From: Halieaceae bacterium
Lineage (GTDB): Bacteria > Pseudomonadota > Gammaproteobacteria > Pseudomonadales > Halieaceae
DNA length: 64,000 nucleotides
Direction of reading: 5' to 3'
Assembly (NCBI GenBank): GCA_003523185.1
Contig: DPGN01000021.1
Location: forward strand, 14,094 to 78,093
Under the pieces are notes generated by a model that saw only the letters and a list, made by a program, of their open reading frames with translations, searched no databases and had not been told where the DNA came from. The translations under genes were made by a program, and so were the position numbers. This document shows positions 37,632-46,216 of the stretch, piece after piece (within the stretch, counting starts at the first letter, position 1; each line of letters starts with the position of its first letter).

Positions 37632-39518
37632 ATGACGGCTGCAGTGTCAGGAAATGTAAGTTTCGACCCCGATCAGTTGCGAGACAAGTATCGGGAGGAG
37701 CGTGATAAGCGCATTCGAGCTGACGGTAATGATCAGTACATCGAGGTCACCGGCGACTTCTCGCATTATATTGATGACCCCTATGTTGAGCCGGGCTTTG
37801 AGCGTGATGCGCTTCAGACGCAGGTTGAGGTGCTCATTATTGGCGGTGGTTTCGGCGGTATGCTCGCGGCCGCGCGTTTAAGAGACACAGGCATTAACGA
37901 CTTACTGATCGTCGAAAAAGGCGGCGGCTTTGGCGGCACCTGGTACTGGAATCGTTATCCTGGCGCCTCCTGTGATATCGAGTCACTAGTCTACTTCCCA
38001 CTCCTCGAAGAGACAGGCTTCGTGCCCAAGCAGCGCTACACCAATGCCACGGAAACGCTCGAGTACTGTCAGGTCATCGCCGAGCAATACAAGCTTCACG
38101 ACATTGCGCTGATGCAAACCCAGATCTTAAGCACTGACTGGTCGGAAGAGGAAGGGCTGTGGGTCGCACGAACCAACCGCGGCGACGTTATCAAAGCGAC
38201 CTTTGTTATTCACTCAAATGGGCCGTTGAATCGTCCTAAGCTGCCCGGTATACCCGGCATCGATAGCTACACAGGGCACACGTTTCATACCAGTCGATGG
38301 GATTATGACTACACCGGCGGCGGTCCTTTTGGCGGCCTCGATAAGCTCGCGGACAAGCGTGTGGCTGTGATCGGTACGGGCGCAACAGCAGTCCAATGCG
38401 TACCGCATTTAGCCGCAGGCGCGAAAGAACTGTATGTCTTTCAGCGGACACCTTCGTCGATTGATGTGCGCAACAACACAAATGTTGACGCTGAGTGGGT
38501 CAAGTCTCAGTCCCCGGGCTGGCATCACAAGCGCCGAACCAACTTCGAATCGCTTCTCGCCGGGATGCCCGTGAAAGAAGATCTGGTGCGCGATGGTTGG
38601 ACCGAAGCATTTCGGGATATTTTTGGTGAGCTGCGTCAATACCGACCCAGCGGCTGGCGTCTGTTGTTGTGGAGTCTGGGTTGGGCGTTTTCTAGCGCAC
38701 GCAAAGAGCGCGGCATCAAGCAGTATCTTACCGATAAAGCTATGGTCGAAATGGGTCTTCAGGAAAAAATGGAGATGGCAGATTTCGCCAAAATGGAAAA
38801 GGTCCGAGCGCGCGCCGACGCTGTGGTTGATAACTCGGAGACTGCCGAATCGCTAAAGCCTTATTACCGACAGTTCTGCAAGCGACCCTGTTTCCATGAC
38901 GAGTATCTGCAGGCCTTTAACAACCCTAATGTGACGCTTGTGGATACGGACGGCCAAGGTGTCGAGGCGTTCACGGAAAAAGGAGTGGTTGCTAACGGTC
39001 AAGAATATGAGGTCGATTGCATTGTGTTCGCTACAGGCTTCGAGGTGGGCACCGACTACTCGCGTCGGGCTGGCTATTCCATTACCGGTGTCGATGGCCT
39101 GACCATTTCCGAGAAGTGGGCCGATGGCATGGCGACCTTCCACGGTCTCCACACAAGAGGTTTTCCTAACGCCTTTTTCTTTGGTCCTCAACAGTCGGGT
39201 TTCACCGCAACTTATACCTTCGCGCTCGATGAGAACGCCATGCAAACCGCCTACATTTTGGGTGAGCTTAAGAAGCGTGGTGCGACGCGCGTGGATGCTT
39301 CGGAAAAGGCGGAGAGCGCCTGGATCAACACCATTAAGCGTGTGGCGAGGCAGACCGAAGAGTTCCAGAAGTCCTGCACGCCGGGTTATTACAACAACGA
39401 GGGGCACGTTGAGTTTGAGTCTCAAAACACCTTTTACGGCGGTGGCCCCATCGAGTTTTTCAACCTCATGGCTAAATGGCGCGAGGCGGGCGATTTAAAA
39501 GGACTCGAAATTTCCTAG
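37632..39518 (+). CDS. Baeyer-Villiger (type I flavin) monooxygenase
   Basis: 'GGGFGG' FAD fold, 'GGTWYWNRYPGASCD', BVMO fingerprint 'YTGHTFHTSRWD' and a second Rossmann 'VIGTGATAVQ'. 628 aa. Confidence 0.88.
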   Translation: MTAAVSGNVSFDPDQLRDKYREERDKRIRADGNDQYIEVTGDFSHYIDDPYVEPGFERDALQTQVEVLIIGGGFGGMLAAARLRDTGINDLLIVEKGGGFGGTWYWNRYPGASCDIESLVYFPLLEETGFVPKQRYTNATETLEYCQVIAEQYKLHDIALMQTQILSTDWSEEEGLWVARTNRGDVIKATFVIHSNGPLNRPKLPGIPGIDSYTGHTFHTSRWDYDYTGGGPFGGLDKLADKRVAVIGTGATAVQCVPHLAAGAKELYVFQRTPSSIDVRNNTNVDAEWVKSQSPGWHHKRRTNFESLLAGMPVKEDLVRDGWTEAFRDIFGELRQYRPSGWRLLLWSLGWAFSSARKERGIKQYLTDKAMVEMGLQEKMEMADFAKMEKVRARADAVVDNSETAESLKPYYRQFCKRPCFHDEYLQAFNNPNVTLVDTDGQGVEAFTEKGVVANGQEYEVDCIVFATGFEVGTDYSRRAGYSITGVDGLTISEKWADGMATFHGLHTRGFPNAFFFGPQQSGFTATYTFALDENAMQTAYILGELKKRGATRVDASEKAESAWINTIKRVARQTEEFQKSCTPGYYNNEGHVEFESQNTFYGGGPIEFFNLMAKWREAGDLKGLEIS

Positions 39519-39565
39519 CGGTACACGGTAAGGTTTCAAAGTTCTTCAAGTGAAGTGAGTACCTG

Positions 39566-41119
39566 ATGTCCTGGAAACCTGAAGTCGATGAGATCAAGCA
39601 ACGCCGAGCGCTGGCGCTGGGCCAGGGCGGGCCAGAGGCGGTTGCCAAGCAACACAGTCAGAATCGCTTAACCATTCGCGAGCGGGTCGATCAGCTACTT
39701 GACCCAGGTTCATTCGAGGAGCTGGGTCCGGTCGCGGGCACCCCCGTGTACAACGAGGCCGGCGAACTCGTTAGCTACGATCCGGCCAATTTCATTTTGG
39801 GTTTCGGCAAGGTGAATGGCCGACGCGTCATTGTCGGTGGCGAGGACTTCACGATGCGAGGCGGTTCACCCTCGCCGGCGGGGCTTCGGAAAAGTGTTTA
39901 TGCCGAAGATCTCGCGGTTCAGTACAAAGTACCGTTGATTCGATTGCACGAAGGGTCGGGTGGTAGCGTGGGCGGCACCAGTGGCAAAGGCCCCAATCTT
40001 CCGGGCCCCGTGAATGCGCCGTCGCGTTTTCGCTCGGTAGCACAAGCGATGGCGACCGTGCCGGTGGCAACCGCTGCCATGGGTGCTGTGGCCGGACTGC
40101 CGGCCGGTCGTCTTGTGGCATCGCACTTCTCGGTCATGTCGAAAAGCACCGCTCAGATCATCACGGCGGGCCCTGCTGTTGTCGAACGGGCTATGGGTGA
40201 GAAAAAGACCAAGGATGAACTGGGTGGTTGGAAGGTGCATACCAAGAACGGGACGGTAGACAACGGCGCGGACGACGAGCGTGCCTGCATCGAGGAGATC
40301 AAACGCTTCCTTTCCTACATGCCTGACAACGTCAATCAGTTAGCGCCTGTTGTTGAGTGTGATGACCCTACTGATCGCTGCGAGGAGTCTCTGCTGGAGG
40401 TTGTGCCCCGTGACCGTCGTGTGGCGTTTGAGATGCGCAAGGTCATTCACGCAGTGTTTGACCACAGCAGCTTTTTTGAGATGGGCAAAGGTTATGGCCG
40501 CTCACAAATAACGGGACTTGCTCGCCTCAATGGGCAAACGGTTGGGGTGTGGGGAAACGACTGCAAGTTCCTTGCCGGCTCGATGACGGCGGACGGGGCC
40601 CACAAAGCGCGGCGTTTCATGGAGTTGTGCGAGACGTTCAGTTTTCCCATTGTGACCTTGGTGGACGAGCCGGGATTCATGATTGGCAGTCAGGCCGAGC
40701 GCGAAGCGACCATTCGGCATGGAACGTCTGCGGTGCTGACGGCGGCCATGACAACAGTGCCTTGGGCGGCGGTGATGGTTCGGCGCTCGTTTGGGGTCGC
40801 TCAGGCGGCACATTACGGGCCAGAGGCCTATGTGCTGGCCTGGCCCTCGGCTGAGAGTGGACCACTGCCTGTGGAGGGTGGCGTAGCCGTAGCCTTCCGT
40901 CGTGAAATCGAGGCGGCGCCAGACCCTGATGCCAAGCGTCGGGAACTCGAGGAGATGTTAGCCGCGAAACAATCGCCATACCCGCGTGCAGAGGCGCTGT
41001 CGGTTCATGATCTGATCGACCCGAGGGAGACACGACCCGAACTGTGTAAGTGGTTGGCGCGTGTTCAGCCCTTGCTGCCTGATTTACTCGGCCCGTCGGC
41101 CTTCGCCATTAGACCTTGA
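39566..41119 (+). CDS. acyl-CoA carboxylase carboxyltransferase subunit (PccB / methylmalonyl-CoA carboxyltransferase family)
   Basis: 517 aa. Two crotonase-like halves with a typical N-terminus 'RLTIRERVDQLLDPGSFEELG' and 'GGEDFTMRGGS'. Confidence 0.85.
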   Translation: MSWKPEVDEIKQRRALALGQGGPEAVAKQHSQNRLTIRERVDQLLDPGSFEELGPVAGTPVYNEAGELVSYDPANFILGFGKVNGRRVIVGGEDFTMRGGSPSPAGLRKSVYAEDLAVQYKVPLIRLHEGSGGSVGGTSGKGPNLPGPVNAPSRFRSVAQAMATVPVATAAMGAVAGLPAGRLVASHFSVMSKSTAQIITAGPAVVERAMGEKKTKDELGGWKVHTKNGTVDNGADDERACIEEIKRFLSYMPDNVNQLAPVVECDDPTDRCEESLLEVVPRDRRVAFEMRKVIHAVFDHSSFFEMGKGYGRSQITGLARLNGQTVGVWGNDCKFLAGSMTADGAHKARRFMELCETFSFPIVTLVDEPGFMIGSQAEREATIRHGTSAVLTAAMTTVPWAAVMVRRSFGVAQAAHYGPEAYVLAWPSAESGPLPVEGGVAVAFRREIEAAPDPDAKRRELEEMLAAKQSPYPRAEALSVHDLIDPRETRPELCKWLARVQPLLPDLLGPSAFAIRP

Positions 41120-41136
41120 GACTGGGGGATATATTG

Positions 41137-41352
41137 ATGACAAAGATCGAACTGGAAACTGGTGGTTCTGTTTGGAAGCTTCTGGTCGCAGAGGGCGACG
41201 CGGTTGAGGAAGGCCAGACCTTATTTATCCTCGAGGTCATGAAGATGGAGGTGCCTTACGAGGCACCACATGCCGGTACAGTTGCAGCATTACATATCGC
41301 CGAGGGTGACTCCGTCGCCGAGGATGATCTAGCACTTGTCATTCAAGCCTGA
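41137..41352 (+). CDS. stand-alone biotinyl/lipoyl carrier domain protein (BCCP-like, 71 aa)
   Basis: Biotinylation motif 'LEVMKMEVP'. ATG at 41137 is preceded by GGGGGA. The track's 41116 start overlaps the upstream stop. Confidence 0.8.
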   Translation: MTKIELETGGSVWKLLVAEGDAVEEGQTLFILEVMKMEVPYEAPHAGTVAALHIAEGDSVAEDDLALVIQA

Positions 41353-41542
41353 TAACTGCGTAGCCAGGCATCGGATGACTTTATGACGCGTCTCGCTCGG
41401 TGACGCATCACTGACGGGTAACTGACGCCCCCAAACCGCTCCCATAAAGTTGAGGCAGGTTTGTGCCGCAGAGTAGACTATCGGTTCATTTCCGATTTCT
41501 ACCCATCGATCGCGTCATTAATTCGCGACTACAGGATCCTGC

Positions 41543-42430
41543 ATGCTCAGTTTGACTGATGTTACCCACGTTTATCCAAATAATACGCGTGCCCTTGACG
41601 GCGTCACGCTCGAAATACCCAGAGGGATGTATGGGCTGTTAGGTCCTAATGGCGCAGGTAAGTCGACACTCATGCGCTCCATTGCGACTTTGCAAACACC
41701 GTCCTCGGGAGCAATTACCTTTGATGGTGTTGATGTCGTAGCTGAGCCTGAGGCGATAAGAGCTCGACTGGGTTATTTACCACAGGATTTTGGCGTTTAT
41801 CCGCGGGTGACTGCCTACGACATGCTCGAGCACATGGCGGTGCTCAAGGGTATTGCTGGCAGTGCAGAGCGCAAAGAAACGGTCGAGACGCTCCTCAATC
41901 AGGTCAATCTCTGGAAGGTGCGTAAAAAGGCGATTGCCGGATTTTCGGGAGGTATGCGACAGCGCTTCGGTATTGCCCAAGCACTGATTGGTAACCCGGA
42001 CCTCATCATCACTGACGAGCCAACCGCCGGGTTGGATCCGGAAGAGCGCAATCGGTTCCTTAATTTACTCGCTGAGGTCGGAGAGAACGTTGTCGTTATC
42101 TTATCCACTCACATTGTGGAAGACGTTGCGGATCTGTGTCCTCGGATGGCGGTCTTGGTGGGCGGTAAAGTGCAGTTGGAAGGTGCGCCATCAGACCTGA
42201 TTGCATCGACCGCCGGGATGATCTGGGAGAAAACCATTCCCCGCACCGAGTACGCGGCTTACGACGCCAAGTACCAGATTATTTCTAGTCGCTTGATGGC
42301 AGGTCAGAGCGTTATTCACATCATGTCCGAGGCCGATCCGGGTGAAGGCTTCACCTCCGTATCGGGTGGTTTGGAAGATGTCTACTTCACCACGCTGGCT
42401 CGAACGCGTGGCGAGTCTGCAGCAGCTTAA
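41543..42430 (+). CDS. ABC transporter ATP-binding protein (ABC-2 / DrrA-like type)
   Basis: Walker A 'GPNGAGKST', signature 'FSGGMRQR', Walker B 'LIITDEPT'. Confidence 0.9.
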   Translation: MLSLTDVTHVYPNNTRALDGVTLEIPRGMYGLLGPNGAGKSTLMRSIATLQTPSSGAITFDGVDVVAEPEAIRARLGYLPQDFGVYPRVTAYDMLEHMAVLKGIAGSAERKETVETLLNQVNLWKVRKKAIAGFSGGMRQRFGIAQALIGNPDLIITDEPTAGLDPEERNRFLNLLAEVGENVVVILSTHIVEDVADLCPRMAVLVGGKVQLEGAPSDLIASTAGMIWEKTIPRTEYAAYDAKYQIISSRLMAGQSVIHIMSEADPGEGFTSVSGGLEDVYFTTLARTRGESAAA

Positions 42431-42444
42431 TCGGAGGTCAGCAC

Positions 42445-45400
42445 GTGTTTGCATCGATCTTTGGGTTTGAGCTTCGCTACCAACTGCGAAATCCGGTTTT
42501 TGTTGTGACGTCATTGGTCTTTTTCCTGCTGACTTTTGGCTCTGTCACCATCGATAACATTCAGATCGGGGCGGGTGGCAACATCCACGTTAACAGTCCA
42601 GTGGCCATTGCTCAGACAGTGCTCATCATGACGGTGTTTTACATGTTCGCGAGCACGGCGTTTGTGGCAAATGTTGTCGTTCGGGATGATGAAAGTGGCT
42701 TCGGTCCAATGGTCCGTTCAACCAGTGTGACCAAGTTTGCTTACCTGCTGGGTCGATACGCAGGTGCCTACACCGCCGCGGCCCTCGGATTTGCCGCGGT
42801 GCCTCTGGCGATTTTGATTGGCTCCTACATGCCTTGGTTGGACCAAGAAACCTTGGGTCCTACGGTCATCGGTGACTACATCCGTATTTTTGTTATGTTC
42901 GCACTGCCGAATATCTTGGTGACATCAGCCATTTTCTTCGCCGTTGCCTGCGTGTTCCGGTCGATGATGCTGAGCTACATGGGCGTGCTTGTTTTTCTGG
43001 TTCTGTATTTCACATTGACCAGTCTGGCCGGCAGTCAGCCCGACTTGCGTGACACGATTGCGACCATCGAGCCGTTTGGCTCAGGCGCCTTTTCTGATGT
43101 GACGCGCTATTGGAGCGCGGCTGAAAGCAATAGTTTGGTGCCGCCATTTGAAGGCACGCTCATGTGGAATCGGCTCATTGCGATAGCACTGGCGGCCGTT
43201 GCCTTAGCCATTGCCTATTCACGCTACAGCTTTGCCGAAAAGGGTATTTCGGCCCGGACACTCAAGAAAGAGCAGAGGCGCGAGGCGAAAGAGGCAGCTG
43301 AGCAGCCCGCACTTGTAGATCGCTTGCCTACGCCCAACCAAGCGGCAGCCGCGTGGCCCAGATTGGTTGCACGGACGCGACTGGAAATGAACCTGATATT
43401 TACCAGCCCGGCCTTCTTCGTGCTGATCTTGATTGGCCTGTTCAACTCGGGTGGCGCGCTTTGGTTTGCTAACCAGGTTTACGGCACGCCTGCGGTCCCA
43501 ATGACTTTTGCGTTGTTGATGCCGCTCTTTGGCTCGTTCGGCATTATCCCCATCATTATCGCCATCTATTTTGCGGGTGAGCTGGTCTGGCGTGACCGCG
43601 ACCGCGGTATGCACGAGATCATCGATTCAACGGCATTACCTAACTGGGCCTACTTCATTCCCAAGGTCATCGCGGTTGCGGCGGTACTCATTGCGACATT
43701 GTGTATTGCGGCGTTCACCGCCATCTTGGTGCAGTTGTTCCGGGGTTATACCGCCATAGAACTCGATAAATATTTGGTGTGGTTCATCCTGCCGTACTCG
43801 GTGGATATGTTGATGACAGCCATTCTGGCGGTTTTCTTCCAAGCGCTCAGTACCAGTAAATACATGGGCTGGGGGCTGATGGTTATTTATCTCGTGGCCT
43901 CGATCACGCTGGTTTCACTAGGCTTCGAACATCCGCTCTACAACTTCGGTGATGTTGGCTTTGTGATGGTCTCGGACCTAAACGGAGCTGATGTGGGAGG
44001 CGCAAAGAGTTGGTGGCTGCGTCTTTACTGGGGTGGCGTTTGTCTCATTTTGTCGGTTATCGCCTACCTATTATGGCGTAGGGGCGTCGCGGTGTCCCTG
44101 TGCGCGCAAATTGCGCGTGTTCCATCACGTCTCGTAGGTGTTCCGGCTGCACTTCTGCTGTCCGGTTTCGCTATCTCAGCGGTCACTGGCAGCTGGATGT
44201 TCTATCAAATGAATGTGGTGAACGAGTATGTAATCAGCGACAAGCAGGAAGAGCGTTTAGCTGATTACGAAAAACAGTTCCTGCAGTACGAGTCAGTGAA
44301 GCAGCCTTCCGCGACACACGTGCAGTTAACGGTTGATCTTTACCCTCATCAGGGCCGCGCATTGGTGAACGGTCGTTACACGCTGGTCAATGATACGGGT
44401 GCTCCGGTCGAGGAACTGCATGTGCTCTTTCAGGACGGTTATTCAGAGCTGACCGAGCTCGATATTCACGGAGGCTCCCTGACGCTCGATGAGCAGGAAG
44501 ACTACGGCTATCAAATTTATACGCTTGAGCCTGCGATGGCCCCCGGTGAAACGCTAGAAATGCGATTTGCTACCGAGCGCGTGCACGATGGATTTTCAAC
44601 TCGTGGCGCCGATACCCGTTTAGTGAAAAACGGAACCTTTTTGAACAACGCTGAGTTTGCGCCTCAGCTCGGATTTGATCGGTCGGCATTACTGCAGGAT
44701 CGGTCCACCCGTCGTAAGTACGACCTTCCCGCCGAATTGCGTATGCCGAAACTCGAAGACGAGTCAGCGCGCGATCGAAACTATGTCGGGAACGTGGATT
44801 GGGTAATGTCTGATATCACGGTCACGACACGCGCCGATCAAGTCCCGATCGCGCCAGGAAAGCTAATTTCCGATGTGACCGAGGGCGATCGCAGAACCGC
44901 GCGCTTTAAGTCTACGAACCCCATTCTCGGCTTCTTCTCGGTTCAGTCAGCGGAGTATGCCGTGACCAAGCGCGAGCATACCGGTATCGATATGGAGATT
45001 TACCACCATCCCACGCATGGGTTTAATGCCGAGCGCATGCTGGATGCCATGGCGGTGTCGCTTGACTACTTCCAAGAGAACTTTGGTCCCTATCAGTTCG
45101 ATTACGCGAGGGTGATCGAATTTCCGGGTTATGCGACCTTTGCTCAGGCCTTCGCCGGCACCGTGCCTTACTCCGAGCGAATTGGCTTTATTGCCAATAC
45201 GGCGGATGAAGATGACATCGACTACGTCACCTATGTGACGGCCCACGAATATGGCCATCAGTACTGGGCGCATCAGCTTATCAGTGCCTACATGCAAGGA
45301 GGGACTGTCATGGTCGAGACCATGGCGCAGTATTCCGCGCTGATGGTCATGAAGGAGATTTACGGTGAAGAGCAAATTCGCCGGTTCCTGAAGTACGAGC

Positions 45401-46041
45401 TTGATGCCTACCTGTCGTCGCGAGGGAGTGAGGCCATCGAGGAGCTGCCACTCAATCGCGTTGAGAATCAGGGATACATTCACTACCGAAAAGGCGCGGT
45501 TGTGATGTATCTCTTGCAGGACCGGTTGGGTGAGGAGCGAGTGAATGCCATGCTGGCGGACCTGCTCGATCGCTTTAAATTCAAGAGTCAGCCCTACGCG
45601 AGCTCGACCGATCTGGTGGATGGCTTCAAGGCCCTAGCGCGAGACGAGGCCGAGGCTCGGTTGGTCGAGGACCTTCTTGAGAACATCACTTTGTACGATT
45701 TCACCGCATCGGATGCGACCGTGGCGGAGCTTGAAAACGGTCAATTTGAAACAACGTTTACCGTGACTGCTGCCAAGTTGTACGCCGACGGAGAGGGTGA
45801 AGAAACGGAGGCAGATTTCGAGAACCTGGTCGATATCGGCGCTTTCACGAAGCGGCCCGGGTATGAAGTGCTGGAGCCCGCCGATGTCATCAGCTTCCGT
45901 TTGGAGCCCTTGGTGTCGGGCGAGCAGGTCGTCACGGTGACAACGGATGAGAAGCCGGCTTTCGTCGGGGTGGATCCGTACAGCAAGTTCGTTGACCGGC
46001 AGGGTGATGACAACATTACCGCCGTTGAGGAAGCAGACTAG
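42445..46041 (+). CDS. fusion protein: polytopic ABC-2-like permease region (~590 aa) + M1 family gluzincin peptidase domain
   Basis: GTG start 14 nt after the ATPase stop, with GGAGG RBS. About a dozen hydrophobic helices, then a soluble region with 'HEYGHQYW' (45244-45258) and a distal Glu in 'VETMAQ' (45316-45318). Confidence 0.85.
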   Translation: MFASIFGFELRYQLRNPVFVVTSLVFFLLTFGSVTIDNIQIGAGGNIHVNSPVAIAQTVLIMTVFYMFASTAFVANVVVRDDESGFGPMVRSTSVTKFAYLLGRYAGAYTAAALGFAAVPLAILIGSYMPWLDQETLGPTVIGDYIRIFVMFALPNILVTSAIFFAVACVFRSMMLSYMGVLVFLVLYFTLTSLAGSQPDLRDTIATIEPFGSGAFSDVTRYWSAAESNSLVPPFEGTLMWNRLIAIALAAVALAIAYSRYSFAEKGISARTLKKEQRREAKEAAEQPALVDRLPTPNQAAAAWPRLVARTRLEMNLIFTSPAFFVLILIGLFNSGGALWFANQVYGTPAVPMTFALLMPLFGSFGIIPIIIAIYFAGELVWRDRDRGMHEIIDSTALPNWAYFIPKVIAVAAVLIATLCIAAFTAILVQLFRGYTAIELDKYLVWFILPYSVDMLMTAILAVFFQALSTSKYMGWGLMVIYLVASITLVSLGFEHPLYNFGDVGFVMVSDLNGADVGGAKSWWLRLYWGGVCLILSVIAYLLWRRGVAVSLCAQIARVPSRLVGVPAALLLSGFAISAVTGSWMFYQMNVVNEYVISDKQEERLADYEKQFLQYESVKQPSATHVQLTVDLYPHQGRALVNGRYTLVNDTGAPVEELHVLFQDGYSELTELDIHGGSLTLDEQEDYGYQIYTLEPAMAPGETLEMRFATERVHDGFSTRGADTRLVKNGTFLNNAEFAPQLGFDRSALLQDRSTRRKYDLPAELRMPKLEDESARDRNYVGNVDWVMSDITVTTRADQVPIAPGKLISDVTEGDRRTARFKSTNPILGFFSVQSAEYAVTKREHTGIDMEIYHHPTHGFNAERMLDAMAVSLDYFQENFGPYQFDYARVIEFPGYATFAQAFAGTVPYSERIGFIANTADEDDIDYVTYVTAHEYGHQYWAHQLISAYMQGGTVMVETMAQYSALMVMKEIYGEEQIRRFLKYELDAYLSSRGSEAIEELPLNRVENQGYIHYRKGAVVMYLLQDRLGEERVNAMLADLLDRFKFKSQPYASSTDLVDGFKALARDEAEARLVEDLLENITLYDFTASDATVAELENGQFETTFTVTAAKLYADGEGEETEADFENLVDIGAFTKRPGYEVLEPADVISFRLEPLVSGEQVVTVTTDEKPAFVGVDPYSKFVDRQGDDNITAVEEAD

Positions 46042-46170
46042 CGACCGGCGCCGGGGTTCACTGGCCGAATCTGCACAAAACGGACGCCGGCAAGCGGATT
46101 GGTTTTAAAGCCAGTTTCGGTTCAGACGGCAGACCCGTCTCACAAGGCATCCGGTACTGCAAGTGGACTC

Positions 46171-46200
46171 AAAAGGGCCGCCGACCGATGGCGGCCTTTA
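46171..46200. terminator. bidirectional terminator hairpin between convergent genes
   Basis: GGCCGCC-GACCGAT-GGCGGCC with A/T runs on both sides (AAAAG...TTTAA). A second hairpin AGACGG-CAGAC-CCGTCT lies at 46124-46140. Confidence 0.65.
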
Positions 46201-46216
46201 ACTGACCTCTGATTCC

